DNA of 64,000 bases from an uncultured Aliarcobacter sp. (GTDB lineage Bacteria > Campylobacterota > Campylobacteria > Campylobacterales > Arcobacteraceae). The notes beneath the pieces are model-generated. The model searched no databases, had not been told where the DNA came from, and saw nothing but the letters and a program-made list of their open reading frames with translations. Where the stretch lies: NCBI GenBank assembly GCA_963677435.1, contig OY781945.1, positions 1,760,001-1,824,000 on the forward strand, in the 5' to 3' direction. Both the position numbers and the translations under genes were made by a program. This document shows, in pieces, positions 38,185 to 49,455 of this stretch. The stretch's first letter is position 1, and each line of letters opens with the position of its first letter.

Positions 38185-40168
38185 TTTTATCTCCAGTTTC
38201 ATTATATTCCATCACATTAGGTACTGACATTGGAGCAGAGAAAAAATATCCTTGAGAATAATCTGCACCTAGTTTTCTTACTATATTAAATATCTCTTCA
38301 TTTTCAACAAACTCAGCAATAGTTTTCAAATTTAAATTTTTTGCAAATTCTATTATTGTTTTAGTAATCTTATAAGAATTTTCATTAATTGCAATATTTT
38401 TAATAAGTGAAGCATCAATTTTCAGATAATCAATATTCATTTTTAAAAGATGCTCAAAATTAGAATATCCACTTCCAAAGTCATCTATTGCAACTTTGCA
38501 GCCTAAAGATTTTACCTCATCTACAAAAGAGATTAAAAGATTATAATTTTTTATACTCTCATCTTCTAAAATCTCAAATACTGCTCTATTTTGTACATTA
38601 TATTTTTTTAATAACTCTTTTACAAAGTCCAAAAATTCTGGATTTTCAATATCTTCATAAGAGATATTTACAGAAAATTCAAAGGGTAAATGTTCAAATT
38701 TTTGAAATGATTTTTCTAAAACAATTTTTGTAAGTTTTGTATATTGATTAGATTTTTTTGAAATATCTAAAAAGAAATAGGGTGCTATAACTTTCCCGTC
38801 TTCATCTATTAATCTCACTAAACACTCATATTTATCAACTTTTAAAGTTCTATTATTTACAAGTGGCTGAAAATATACTTCAATATTGTCATTTATAAAT
38901 GCAGATTTTAATTTTTTTGTCCAAAGCATGTTATTTTCATATTCTTGAAATTTATCTAATTCATCATAAAAAACAAGATAATCTTTATGGTCCTTTTTTG
39001 CTGATTGTAACGCAATATCTGCGGTAATTAATTTATTGTTTTTATTGGAAAATGATACACCAGCTGTTATTCTAATATCAATTTCATATAACTCAAATAC
39101 AAATACTTTTTTATAAACTGATTCTACTATATTTTTTATTAACTCAATAAAACTCTCTTGGCAATCTTTTGTATTAGTTATACAATAATTATCAGAAGGG
39201 AATTTATAGAGTTTTATATGATTTCCTTCTTCTTTAATTTTATCGTGAATTAATTTTGAAACATCAATCAATATTGAATCACCAACTTTATGACCAAAAA
39301 AATCATTTACTTCTTTAAATGAGTTGATATTTAAAAGACAGACTGCTTCTAATCGTAAATTATTTGATTGTAATTCTTCAATTAATTTAGCTCTATTAGG
39401 AAATTTTGTTAAATTATCTGTGTATAAAAGCTTATATAACTCATGTTTATGTTCAATTTCATGACTAATGTCATGTAAGATAATAATAGAAGTATTATTA
39501 TGTGTAAGAAGTATTTTTTGTAAAGAAAAATATTTTTTAGTATTAGTATTGTTTTTAATACAAACTTTTATATTTTTATTTTCACATTCTTCAAATATTT
39601 TATTATCAATATTAGTAATACAACCATCTTCAATTTCAAATATATCAGTAATATTTTTATATTTAGTATTGATTTCTTCTAAAGAAGAACAATTTAAAAG
39701 TTTAAAGAAGTGATCATTGGAAAAAATTACTTTTTCATTAGCTAATGAAAAAATAGGGTAGTCAATATTATTTATTATTGAATTTGAAAACTCTTCTTCT
39801 TTTTTTAATACACTACTTGTATCAACTAAATTTGTATAATATTTTATTTTTAATATTAATTTATCAAAATCTAAAGGTTTATATAAAATATTTTCTTCTT
39901 TAATTATTGAATATTTTTCAAGATGAATGTCATTATCAACTAAAAAAATTGTATGAATATTTTTTTCTAAATACATTTCTAGTGGATTAAAATAATTATG
40001 AACATTTATATCAATTACAAGTAAATCACTGTATTCAAGAGCATCATTAACATCATCACACTCAAAAGAGAGAGTGATATTTATATTTTTTATTATTTTT
40101 GAAGCATATTGTTTGAAATTCTTAAAGTGTTCTTGTTCATCACTTATTATCATTACATCAAAACGCAT
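38174..40168 (-). CDS. Degenerate GGDEF plus EAL phosphodiesterase
   Basis: GGDEF site replaced by PSDNY; ECL, DDFGSGYS, KID, AEFVE, QGY. Confidence 0.88.
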   Translation of the reverse strand: MRFDVMIISDEQEHFKNFKQYASKIIKNINITLSFECDDVNDALEYSDLLVIDINVHNYFNPLEMYLEKNIHTIFLVDNDIHLEKYSIIKEENILYKPLDFDKLILKIKYYTNLVDTSSVLKKEEEFSNSIINNIDYPIFSLANEKVIFSNDHFFKLLNCSSLEEINTKYKNITDIFEIEDGCITNIDNKIFEECENKNIKVCIKNNTNTKKYFSLQKILLTHNNTSIIILHDISHEIEHKHELYKLLYTDNLTKFPNRAKLIEELQSNNLRLEAVCLLNINSFKEVNDFFGHKVGDSILIDVSKLIHDKIKEEGNHIKLYKFPSDNYCITNTKDCQESFIELIKNIVESVYKKVFVFELYEIDIRITAGVSFSNKNNKLITADIALQSAKKDHKDYLVFYDELDKFQEYENNMLWTKKLKSAFINDNIEVYFQPLVNNRTLKVDKYECLVRLIDEDGKVIAPYFFLDISKKSNQYTKLTKIVLEKSFQKFEHLPFEFSVNISYEDIENPEFLDFVKELLKKYNVQNRAVFEILEDESIKNYNLLISFVDEVKSLGCKVAIDDFGSGYSNFEHLLKMNIDYLKIDASLIKNIAINENSYKITKTIIEFAKNLNLKTIAEFVENEEIFNIVRKLGADYSQGYFFSAPMSVPNVMEYNETGDKNDE

Positions 40169-40269
40169 TAACTACCTTAATTTATTATTTTAAATTTTAG
40201 TTTTCCATAAAATTACTTTTAAATCACTTTACTGAATATATTTTGATATATTTTATAAAGTTAAAAAAA

Positions 40270-40995
40270 TTATTTTCCAAAAATTCTTATTGCATTATCT
40301 AAATCTGCTTGAGTATCAATACCAAAAGATTTAGAAGTAACTTTTACCATTGCAATTTTATGTCCATTATCTATTGCTCTTAATTGCTCAAGTTTTTCTA
40401 TATTTTCTAATTTTGATGGATTTAATTTACAAAAAGCATTTAATGATTTTTTAGTAAATCCATAAATTCCTAAATGGCCGCTGTAGTTTGACACCTCGTG
40501 ATGATCTCTATGATATGGTACTTTTGCTCTTGAAAAATAAATAGCATTAGAATCTTCATCTAAAACAACTTTTACATGATTTGGATCATCTGCTAATTCT
40601 GAACTAATCTCTTTGTAACATGAAGTAATCATAATATCTTCATTATTTTCTTTTATTTGTTTTACTCTATTTATTACAGCCTCTACAACTTCAACTTCAA
40701 TAAATGGCTCATCACCTTGAACATTTACAATTATCTCATCTTCACTTAAATTTAATATATTTACAGCTTCATTTATTCTATCAGTTCCACTATTGTGTGA
40801 ACTTGAAGTTAGGACTGCATCAAAACCATATTTTGAAGCTAAATCTATAACTTCTTGTGAATCTGTAGCAATTACTACTTTATCCAAGCTACTTACTTGT
40901 TTAGCAGTTCTAATTACCATTGGTAATCCTAAAATATCAACTAAAATTTTATTTGCAAATCTACTAGAATTTAATCTTGCAGGTATAATTATCAT
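40270..40995 (-). CDS. kdsB: CMP-KDO synthetase
   Basis: IPARLNSSRF, SGTDR, NVQGDEP, YFSRA, EKLEQLRA. Confidence 0.96.
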   Translation of the reverse strand: MIIIPARLNSSRFANKILVDILGLPMVIRTAKQVSSLDKVVIATDSQEVIDLASKYGFDAVLTSSSHNSGTDRINEAVNILNLSEDEIIVNVQGDEPFIEVEVVEAVINRVKQIKENNEDIMITSCYKEISSELADDPNHVKVVLDEDSNAIYFSRAKVPYHRDHHEVSNYSGHLGIYGFTKKSLNAFCKLNPSKLENIEKLEQLRAIDNGHKIAMVKVTSKSFGIDTQADLDNAIRIFGK

Positions 40996-41065
40996 TTATC
41001 TTCCTTCTGTTGTAAAACCTTATTTTTAGTGACATTATTATAATATAAAATCTTTAAACAAGTAT

Positions 41066-43765
41066 ATGAAAGAGAAATTTATGAAAAAAACAATTACAGT
41101 AATTGATACATTTGGATTTTTATTTAGAAGTTATTTTGCCCTTCCACCATTAAAATCAAAAGAGGGTTTCCCAACAGGTTTATTAACAGGTTTTATAAAT
41201 TTTATAGCAAATATTGGAAAAGATTTCCAAACAGATTATATAGTTTTTGCACTTGATGCAAAGGGAAATACTTTTAGAAATGACCTTTATGACAATTATA
41301 AAGCTCAAAGACCTGATGTTCCAGAAGATTTATTAAAACAACTTCCAATAGCTATTTCATGGATTGAATTAATGGGATTTAAAACAGCAATTAGAACAGG
41401 TTTTGAAGCAGATGATATTGTTGCATCAATTGCACATGATGCAAAATTAAAAGGTTTAGAAGTTCGAATTGTATCCCATGATAAAGATTTATACCAATTA
41501 ATCGAAGATGATACAATCTATTTATTTGACCCAACTAAAAGAGTTGTAATAAATGAAGCAAAATGTTTAGAAAAATACGGAGTTCACCCTTCTCAATTCA
41601 CAGATTATCAATCACTTTTAGGGGATAGTGCTGATAATATTCCTGGAGTAAAAGGAATTGGAGCAAAAACAGCAGAAGCTTTAATTCAACAGTTTGGAAC
41701 TTTAGAAAATATATATGCAAATTTAGAAAATATTGAGAAAAAAAGATGGAAAACATTACTTGAAGATAGTCGTGAAATGGCTTTTCTTTCAAAACAGCTT
41801 GTTACTTTATCAAGAGATTGTCATGTAATTGATGATTTGAATAATTTTTTATTACCTTCTGAAAATCCAATATTGAAAATAAGCGATATTTTACATCAAT
41901 ACGATATGGCAAAAGTTCTTGATAGAATAAACAAAAATGGGATGTCTTATAAAACAGAAATTCCAAAAGAGATTGAAAAAAACGATAATATTGAGTATGT
42001 TCTATTAAATGATGAAAATAAATTATCCCTAGCTATAAATACGATTCCAAGGGATGCAATAGTTGCTTTTGACACAGAAACCACAGATATTGATACACAA
42101 AAAGCTCAAATTGTTGGTTTTTCATTTGCCTATGAAAAAAATAAAGCTTATTATGTTCCTATTGCTCACTCATATTTAGGAGCTCCTGAGCAAATTTCAA
42201 AAGATGCTGCACGACAAGCAATTACACAATTAAATAGACATAAATTAGTATTACAAAATTTTAAATACGATTATGCAGTTATTAGACACAATTTTGATAT
42301 AGAGTTAAAACTATACGCAGATACAATGATTTTATCATGGCTTTTAAATACAAATGAAAAAGTTGGACTCGATTATCAAGTTGATAAATATTTTAATCAT
42401 AAAATGATTTCATTTAAAGATGTTGTAAAAAAAGGTGAAAATTTCTCAAATGTTGATGTATATAAAGCTTGTGAATATGCAGCAGAAGATGCCTTGATGA
42501 CACTTAAACTATTTAATAAACAATTAGAAATTTTCAAAGAAAAAGAAGATGCAGATTTACTAAAACTTGCCTTTGATTTAGAGTTTGAATTTATTTATGT
42601 TTTAGCTGACATGGAAAATAATGGAATAAAAGTTGATGTTAATTTACTGCAAGAGTTAAAAGGTACAAACAATAAATATATTCAAGAACTAACTTCAAAT
42701 ATCTATCAAGTTGCAGGTGTTGAGTTTAATATTAACTCTCCAAAGCAACTAGGAGTTGTTCTATTTGAAACATTAGGGCTTGCAACATCTAAAAAAACAA
42801 AAACAGGTTATAGTACAGATGAAGCTGTTTTAAGTGGTTTAGTAGATGAACATGATGTAATTCCTCTTTTATTAAAATACAGAGAAGCTTATAAGCTTCA
42901 ATCAACTTATATTGAGCCATTATTAGATCTTGGATTAAAAAATACAGATAATAGAATTCATACTTCATTTTTACATACAGGAACAGCAACAGGAAGATTA
43001 AGTTCAAAAAATCCAAATTTACAAAATATTCCAGTTCGAGCTGGAAGTGGTTCAAAAATTAGAGAAGCCTTTATTCCAAAAGATGGATATAAACTTGTGG
43101 GAATTGATTACTCTCAAATAGAACTAAGATTGTTAGCTCACTTTAGCGGTGATGAGGCTTTAGTTGATGCTTTTAGAAATGATTTAGATATTCACTACCA
43201 AACAGCAGTTAAAATTTTCGGGCAAGAACAAGCAAAAGAGAGAAGATCAATTGCAAAATCTATAAACTTTGGATTATTGTATGGAATGGGAAGTAAAAAG
43301 CTAGGTGATACTTTAGGAATTCCATCAAAAGAAGCAAAACTTTATATAGATTCATATTTTGAAGCATTTAAAAGTGTAAAAGATTATCTAAAATCAATAG
43401 AAGATTTTGCCCATGTAAATGGCTACATAAAAACATTATTAAATAGAAAAAGGTTGTTTGATTTTGACTCTGCAAATGCAATGATTAAAGCTGCATATTT
43501 AAGAGAAGCAGTTAATACATTGTTTCAAGGAAGTGCAGCTGATTTAATTAAATTATCAATGGTTAAAATATATGAAAAATATAAAAATAATAATAACATG
43601 AGAATGCTATTACAAATCCATGATGAACTTATATTTGAAGTTAAAGAAGAATTTGTACAAGAAATAACTAAAGATTTAAAAGAAATAATGGAAAATGTGT
43701 ATAAATTAAATATACCATTAAAAGTATCAGTATCTATTGGAAATTCATGGCAAGAATTGAAGTAA
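41066..43765 (+). CDS. polA: DNA polymerase I (start may be 41081)
   Basis: 5'-3' exonuclease (EADD, GDSADNIPG), 3'-5' exonuclease (DTET), DYSQIELR, QIHDEL. Confidence 0.98.
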   Translation: MKEKFMKKTITVIDTFGFLFRSYFALPPLKSKEGFPTGLLTGFINFIANIGKDFQTDYIVFALDAKGNTFRNDLYDNYKAQRPDVPEDLLKQLPIAISWIELMGFKTAIRTGFEADDIVASIAHDAKLKGLEVRIVSHDKDLYQLIEDDTIYLFDPTKRVVINEAKCLEKYGVHPSQFTDYQSLLGDSADNIPGVKGIGAKTAEALIQQFGTLENIYANLENIEKKRWKTLLEDSREMAFLSKQLVTLSRDCHVIDDLNNFLLPSENPILKISDILHQYDMAKVLDRINKNGMSYKTEIPKEIEKNDNIEYVLLNDENKLSLAINTIPRDAIVAFDTETTDIDTQKAQIVGFSFAYEKNKAYYVPIAHSYLGAPEQISKDAARQAITQLNRHKLVLQNFKYDYAVIRHNFDIELKLYADTMILSWLLNTNEKVGLDYQVDKYFNHKMISFKDVVKKGENFSNVDVYKACEYAAEDALMTLKLFNKQLEIFKEKEDADLLKLAFDLEFEFIYVLADMENNGIKVDVNLLQELKGTNNKYIQELTSNIYQVAGVEFNINSPKQLGVVLFETLGLATSKKTKTGYSTDEAVLSGLVDEHDVIPLLLKYREAYKLQSTYIEPLLDLGLKNTDNRIHTSFLHTGTATGRLSSKNPNLQNIPVRAGSGSKIREAFIPKDGYKLVGIDYSQIELRLLAHFSGDEALVDAFRNDLDIHYQTAVKIFGQEQAKERRSIAKSINFGLLYGMGSKKLGDTLGIPSKEAKLYIDSYFEAFKSVKDYLKSIEDFAHVNGYIKTLLNRKRLFDFDSANAMIKAAYLREAVNTLFQGSAADLIKLSMVKIYEKYKNNNNMRMLLQIHDELIFEVKEEFVQEITKDLKEIMENVYKLNIPLKVSVSIGNSWQELK

Positions 43766-43872
43766 ATTTAAATTTATAAAAAAAATTAATATTTTTATAA
43801 TTTGCTTTGACAAATTTTAAAATTTTAGTTATTATTATATTTTAAACCAAAATATTATTAAAGAGAACTATT

Positions 43873-44577
43873 ATGTTAAAAACAGTGAAAAATATTAGAA
43901 AACTTTACAACGCAAAACTACTTTTTATAAGTAGTGATGAAAAGATAAATGAATCAATTGGAAATGAATTTGATGATTACTTTAAAGAATTAAAAGTTAC
44001 ATCAAATTTAAAAGATGCCTTAACACTTGCGTGTTCAAATAATTATGATATGGCTATTATTGATGCAGATACAGTTGGTATCTCTTTTTCAGAACTTTGT
44101 TCTGAGTTATCAGCATTAGCTCCTTCATTACCAAAAATTGTTGTTTCGGATTCAGATAATAATGAAAACATAGTTACAGCAATTAATTCTGGTGCATATA
44201 CATTTTTATCAAAACCATTGAGAGCAAAAGATTTAAAATTAGCAGTTATTATGTGTTTAAATCAAACAAAAAGAGGTGATAAAATAGAATTTGAAAATGG
44301 AATCTATTTTGATGAGTATAGAGATCAGTTCTTTAAATCAGGTGGAATTCTAATTGATTTTACAAGATTAGAAAAATCTTTTTTAAAATTATTAATTACT
44401 AAGCGAAATGATATCACTGATTATGATATAATAAAAGATGTTGTTTGGAAAGGTAAAGATATGTCTATTTATACTATGAGAAATATAGTTAATAAAATTA
44501 GACAAAAAACATATTATGAAATTATCAAAAACCACTCTAACAAGGGCTATACAATAGATATTCTTAAGTCAAATTAA
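43873..44577 (+). CDS. Atypical orphan OmpR-family response regulator
   Basis: Receiver-like fold (IIDAD, SKP) lacking the usual EDD and MP..DG patterns; winged helix ending KGYTI. Confidence 0.8.
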   Translation: MLKTVKNIRKLYNAKLLFISSDEKINESIGNEFDDYFKELKVTSNLKDALTLACSNNYDMAIIDADTVGISFSELCSELSALAPSLPKIVVSDSDNNENIVTAINSGAYTFLSKPLRAKDLKLAVIMCLNQTKRGDKIEFENGIYFDEYRDQFFKSGGILIDFTRLEKSFLKLLITKRNDITDYDIIKDVVWKGKDMSIYTMRNIVNKIRQKTYYEIIKNHSNKGYTIDILKSN

Positions 44578-44616
44578 TTATATTGATTTGCAAAATCTAA
44601 ATAAAAAAGTTATAAT

Positions 44617-44811
44617 ATGGAAGAACTGATTGTTTCCAAAGAAGAATTAATCCAATTATTTGAGAGTCAAGTTATAGAAGATACGGGACGAGCTTGGTTA
44701 ATGGATGGTAAAGTTATTGAAATAGTAGCTTTGCATGATATTGAACCAAAATTTCTTCAGGATATTACTAATGCTAAGTTCTATAAACTAATAATCAAAG
44801 GTAATAAATAA
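44617..44811 (+). CDS. Small hypothetical protein
   Basis: 64-aa ORF coupled to the next gene (TAATG). Confidence 0.6.
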   Translation: MEELIVSKEELIQLFESQVIEDTGRAWLMDGKVIEIVALHDIEPKFLQDITNAKFYKLIIKGNK

Positions 44812-45083
44812 TGTCGCATTGTCCTTTCTGCAAAAAAAAGATTGCTATGAGTAAGGCTTTTTGCTCTAGAAGCTGTAAAGAGAATTATTTTCAATTAATA
44901 GCTATACAGGTACCAAAACCTTTTTTAAAAAGAATTTTTGTATTTTGTACACCAGAACAAAGAGATGCTGAAATAGAGAATTTTGCAAGTAGGCATGGTT
45001 GGAGACTAGATTTATTAAGAAACAAAATTGCCGAACTTGCAATTGATGCTGGATATACTAAAGAGATAAAAATAAGTAGTTAA
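44811..45083 (+). CDS. Zn-ribbon protein (DUF2116-like)
   Basis: HCPFC...FCSRSC. Confidence 0.7.
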   Translation: MSHCPFCKKKIAMSKAFCSRSCKENYFQLIAIQVPKPFLKRIFVFCTPEQRDAEIENFASRHGWRLDLLRNKIAELAIDAGYTKEIKISS

Positions 45084-45101
45084 ATTTAACTACTTATTTT
45101 T
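45070..45101. terminator. Bidirectional terminator candidate
   Basis: AAAATAAGTAGTTAAA/TTTAACTACTTATTTT palindrome between convergent genes. Confidence 0.65.
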
Positions 45102-45897
45102 TTATTTTCATATAAACTACTATACAAATTCCAAAAACTATTAATGATTGTAAAATACCCATTGTAAGCCAATTACTATAAATAAATCCTAATTGAATAT
45201 CTGGTTGTCTAAAGAACTCTGCTATTATTCTGGCTGTTGAATACAACATTCCATACATTAAAGCTAATTGTCCATCAAAAGTTTTTCTTTTTCTTAGATA
45301 AACTAAAATTACAAAAACCATTAACCCCTCAAGAATGGCTTCATATATTTGAGAAGGATGTCTTAAAACTTGTCCTACATAAATTCCCCAAGAAACATCT
45401 GTTGCTCGTCCAACTAATTCTTGATTAAAGAAGTTTCCGAATCTTCCAAAAACATAAGCTGCTGAAATACCCAGTACGGCAATATCTGTTATAAACCAAA
45501 AAGAGATTTTATTTTTTCTGCAAAACAGATATGAAGCAATAATAAAACCAAAAAATGCTCCATGATAACTCATTCCTGAAATTCCTGCATAAACTCCATC
45601 TATGTATGGATTAAATATTTGCCAAGGGTGAGTCAAATAATAACTAGTATGAGTATCATAAAAGAGAACATATCCTAATCTTGCACCTAAAATTACTCCA
45701 ATCTCTGCCCACCAAATATATGAATCAAATAGTTCATTTGAAATTGGTAATTTATCATGTTTTATAAACCATTTTGCTACAAATATTGCACTAATTAAAG
45801 CAAGGGCATACATTATCCCATACCAATGAACAGCAACTGGACCTAAATTAAAAGCGATAGGATTAAAGTGTGAATATATATTTTGCCAATATTCCAT
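45094..45897 (-). CDS. lgt: Prolipoprotein diacylglyceryl transferase
   Basis: HWYG, GARLGY, GMSYHG, GRFGNFFNQE, RHPSQIYE, EFFRQPD. Confidence 0.97.
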   Translation of the reverse strand: MEYWQNIYSHFNPIAFNLGPVAVHWYGIMYALALISAIFVAKWFIKHDKLPISNELFDSYIWWAEIGVILGARLGYVLFYDTHTSYYLTHPWQIFNPYIDGVYAGISGMSYHGAFFGFIIASYLFCRKNKISFWFITDIAVLGISAAYVFGRFGNFFNQELVGRATDVSWGIYVGQVLRHPSQIYEAILEGLMVFVILVYLRKRKTFDGQLALMYGMLYSTARIIAEFFRQPDIQLGFIYSNWLTMGILQSLIVFGICIVVYMKIKK

Positions 45898-47195
45898 TAG
45901 TTCTCCAATGCTTCAGCAATTAGCTCAATTGGGTTTTTAAATTGAACATCAACATCTGCTAAGAATAATGAGTTTGTTATTTGCATTCTACAGGCACTAC
46001 ATTCTGCACTTACAATTTGAGCTTTTGTCTCTTTTATCATTGCAGCTTTTGGTGCACCTGCTGCTTTTGCAAAACTATATTTTTCTGTTTGCATAGTAAC
46101 TCCACCAAATCCACAGCATCTATTTGAATCACTCATTTCAGTTAATACATAATTTTGAGATAATAAACTTCTAGGTTCTTTCCAAACACCTTGCATTTTT
46201 TTTGCATGACATGGATCATGGTAAGTTACTAATTGATCGAACTTTTTACCACTGTTAGCAAGTAAGTTTTTTAAATCTGTACTATTTTCTAGCCATTTTG
46301 TAGCCATAAATATTTTTTCAGATAATTTAGCAGCTCTTTCTTTCCATTGGGGCTGATTATGGAAGTAATGTTCCCAATCTTGTTTTATCATAGCACTACA
46401 TGTTGCTTCTGGAATAATTACAGCATCTACTTCATCAATCCAAGTTTCAAAATATTCGATATTTTTTTTAGCAAGATAATCAACTGTATCAAAATCACCT
46501 GTAAAATATGCAGGTGCTCCACAACAAAGTTGTTTTTTGGGAATCATAATATCAAGTTCAAGTTTTTTTAGAATTTTAACTAAAGAATCACCTGTGTTTG
46601 TGTAAGTATAATTACTCATACATCCTATGAAAATTGCAACTTTATTTTTTTTAGTTTCTTCTATTTTTTTATTCGCTGCTAAAATATTTTCTGGATATTT
46701 ATTTAAAAAACTTCTTGAATCTGCAAAGGGTAAAACTCTTCCTTTTTTTACTATTGGAAGTGAAAATCTAGGAAGTGCAGATTGTTTCTTTTCATCTAGC
46801 TTTAAAGCACATGTTTGGAACATCCATCCTAATTTTGATAGGAAATCCATAGTTTTTCTATGTCTTAATAAAAAGAAAAATAGTCTTTTATACCAAGCAA
46901 TTCCGAATTTTTTTGCAATATCGCTTCTTACTTGTTCAATTATCATGTCTGTTGGCAAATCATTTGGACATACTTCAACACAATTTGTGCATAAAAAACA
47001 TGATTCAAATATATCTTTTGCTGTTTTGTCAAGTTCTAGCTCATTTCTTTCATAAGCTCCTAATAAATCAATAAATCCTCTAGGACTCGTAGCTTCATCT
47101 TGATTTATATTAAAAATAGTACAAACGGGTTTACATTTTCCACATTTAACACAGTCATCTGAAATAGCTGTGTAATTAAATTTATTCATTGACAC
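45897..47195 (-). CDS. (Fe-S)-binding oxidoreductase subunit, GlcF/GlpC-like
   Basis: Two CxxCxxCxxxC ferredoxin motifs and two CCG domains. Confidence 0.88.
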   Translation of the reverse strand: MSMNKFNYTAISDDCVKCGKCKPVCTIFNINQDEATSPRGFIDLLGAYERNELELDKTAKDIFESCFLCTNCVEVCPNDLPTDMIIEQVRSDIAKKFGIAWYKRLFFFLLRHRKTMDFLSKLGWMFQTCALKLDEKKQSALPRFSLPIVKKGRVLPFADSRSFLNKYPENILAANKKIEETKKNKVAIFIGCMSNYTYTNTGDSLVKILKKLELDIMIPKKQLCCGAPAYFTGDFDTVDYLAKKNIEYFETWIDEVDAVIIPEATCSAMIKQDWEHYFHNQPQWKERAAKLSEKIFMATKWLENSTDLKNLLANSGKKFDQLVTYHDPCHAKKMQGVWKEPRSLLSQNYVLTEMSDSNRCCGFGGVTMQTEKYSFAKAAGAPKAAMIKETKAQIVSAECSACRMQITNSLFLADVDVQFKNPIELIAEALEN

Positions 47196-47292
47196 TTATC
47201 TAACCTTTTAACTTTAAAAATTTTAATATTTATAATAAAAATTTAATATACAAAAATAATGGTTAAAAGTTGTTAAATAGCTATTTTGTAAG

Positions 47293-48276
47293 CTATGGCA
47301 ATTGGGATTTTGCTTTTATTTTTTCTTCTAAGTTTTTACTTGTTCTGCTTATTCCAAAATTAATTAATTCTAAATATTTCACATTCAAAGTTAGAAGTTT
47401 TGCTTTATTATAAAGCTCATTTGCAAGTTGAAGCTGATTGTATGCTTCATAAATTAATGCTAAATCATATGTTACTTCAAAACTCTTTCCATTAAATTCA
47501 TTATCTAGTTTTTCAAGTTCTATTTTTGCTAAATCAAGGTTTTTAGTTAAAATCAACTCAACAACTTTTTCAAATCTTTTTTCTTGTTCTTTTGAAAAAA
47601 CAAAAGTTTCTTCATTTAATTCATCAATTATTTCAATATCATAATAGACATAATGTGGTGAAATATCATCTAAAATATCACTTGCAATGTCATTTGCTAT
47701 TTGAGTGTTTACTCTAAACTTATCACTAGTATTTGAATAAAAAGGATAAGGATGATAGTCATAACACATACTGTCAAAACTTGATTTGTCGTATGTTTTT
47801 GCAAAAATTAAATTATTTGTTATTGGTTTTATTAGTTTTATATTTGTTGTGACATTATATTCTCGTTTTTCACAAGGAATTAGTCTTGTTCTATACTCAA
47901 TACATTGTTTTGATTTACTTTTTTCATCATATCTGTAGTATCTACATCTTGAATAATCAACTTCTGTTCTATAATAAACTTGAATATCTAAAGATGAATT
48001 TAAAACTTCACCTGTTAGGATAGCATCTGTTCCAAAGTCATTATTTCTTAATTCAAAAACTCTTTTATTATCAATAGTTTTATTTGCAATTTTATCTACT
48101 AAGCTAGCAGTTTGATTAACATCATCCCTATAAAATCTATCAACTCTTATGGTATATATCTTATCTTTTTCAATTTTTGAAGGATATAAAGATTTTATGG
48201 TTAATCTTTTTGTACTACAAGCACTAAAAAATAGAGCTAAAACTACAGCTAAAAATATATTAAAAACAATTTTCAT
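47293..48276 (-). CDS. Putative lipoprotein with C-terminal TPR-like helices
   Basis: Lipobox FSAC after a hydrophobic signal; YDLALIYEA TPR-like segment. Confidence 0.75.
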   Translation of the reverse strand: MKIVFNIFLAVVLALFFSACSTKRLTIKSLYPSKIEKDKIYTIRVDRFYRDDVNQTASLVDKIANKTIDNKRVFELRNNDFGTDAILTGEVLNSSLDIQVYYRTEVDYSRCRYYRYDEKSKSKQCIEYRTRLIPCEKREYNVTTNIKLIKPITNNLIFAKTYDKSSFDSMCYDYHPYPFYSNTSDKFRVNTQIANDIASDILDDISPHYVYYDIEIIDELNEETFVFSKEQEKRFEKVVELILTKNLDLAKIELEKLDNEFNGKSFEVTYDLALIYEAYNQLQLANELYNKAKLLTLNVKYLELINFGISRTSKNLEEKIKAKSQLP

Positions 48277-48398
48277 ATTAATCCTTTAAAAGTGTATTAT
48301 ATCTTATTTGTATAAATTAACCCGATTGAGCTTTTTCAAATAAGAATAAATTAATACTAAAATGAGATAATAATGTATTTTATAAAAGGAATTTGATA

Positions 48399-48878
48399 AT
48401 GGGATTTTTCACAGCAGATTTATGTGATGTATTTAGTAAAAAAACAGAAGTTTTAGGACCTGATTTTAACTCTTATGGGGGAAGTAAGAAGTTTAAAGGA
48501 GTTGCAATAACAGTAAAACTTGATAAAAATAATAGAGATTTAGCAACACTTTTAAAAGATAATAATGGTCTTGGAAAAGTTGTAATTGTTGATGTGGATA
48601 TGCAATATTATGCTGTTGTTGGTGATAATTTAATGAAATTTGCGTATGAAAATAAATATGAGGGAATTATTGTAAATGGTTATGTACGAGATACAGTAAC
48701 TACAAAAGAGTTTGATATAGGATTACTTGCAAAAGGTACTTGTCCTAGAAAATATATTCCTATGCAAGATGCTCAAATTAATATTCCCGTAATTATTGAT
48801 GGTGTTGAAATTAACCCTGGAGATTATGTTTATGTTGATCCTGATGGAATAGTAATTAGTAAAGAAAAATTGGTTTAA
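48399..48878 (+). CDS. rraA: RraA/HMG-aldolase family protein
   Basis: TADLCD, AVVGD, GYVRD, PGDYVYVDPDG; ATG 48399 follows an AAGGA RBS. Confidence 0.85.
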   Translation: MGFFTADLCDVFSKKTEVLGPDFNSYGGSKKFKGVAITVKLDKNNRDLATLLKDNNGLGKVVIVDVDMQYYAVVGDNLMKFAYENKYEGIIVNGYVRDTVTTKEFDIGLLAKGTCPRKYIPMQDAQINIPVIIDGVEINPGDYVYVDPDGIVISKEKLV

Positions 48879-48879
48879 T

Positions 48880-49455
48880 ATGTATCTTTTTGGATTTGGC
48901 TCTTTAATAAACTTATCAAGTGCTCAAAAATCTTTTAAAAGAGTTTTAACTCAAGATGATTTAATACCTGTAAAAATAAAAGGTTATGAGAGAGTTTGGA
49001 ATGCAATAGAATCCATACAATTTGAAGATGAATTGGTACATGGAGTTTTCTTAAATATTCAAAAAAATGAAACTTCTATTTTAGATGGAGTTGTAATTGA
49101 ACTTTCACCTCAAGAGTTAGAAATTTTAAAATTAAGAGAAAAAAATTATAGTTGTATAACTATACAATCAAAAGATATTCTAAACAAAGATTTTAAAAGT
49201 GATTTAATCGCTTTTATGACTACAAATGAGGAAAAATTAGCAAAAGTAGGGGATTTAAATACTTTTATTCCCGCTAAATATGTCCATATTATAAAAGAGG
49301 CTTTAAATAATTATGATGATGATTTTGTAAAAGGATTTAAAAAATCTTTAGAAAACTATCCATTTAGTTTAAAAGAAGGCTCATATATATTCACAGATCC
49401 TATACAAAATAATGTTGCAAGAGAAGGAATAAAAAAACAAGATGAATCAAAATAA
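48880..49455 (+). CDS. Gamma-glutamylcyclotransferase-fold protein
   Basis: YLFGFGSLIN, KGYERVW, LKLREKNY with candidate catalytic Glu. Confidence 0.78.
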   Translation: MYLFGFGSLINLSSAQKSFKRVLTQDDLIPVKIKGYERVWNAIESIQFEDELVHGVFLNIQKNETSILDGVVIELSPQELEILKLREKNYSCITIQSKDILNKDFKSDLIAFMTTNEEKLAKVGDLNTFIPAKYVHIIKEALNNYDDDFVKGFKKSLENYPFSLKEGSYIFTDPIQNNVAREGIKKQDESK

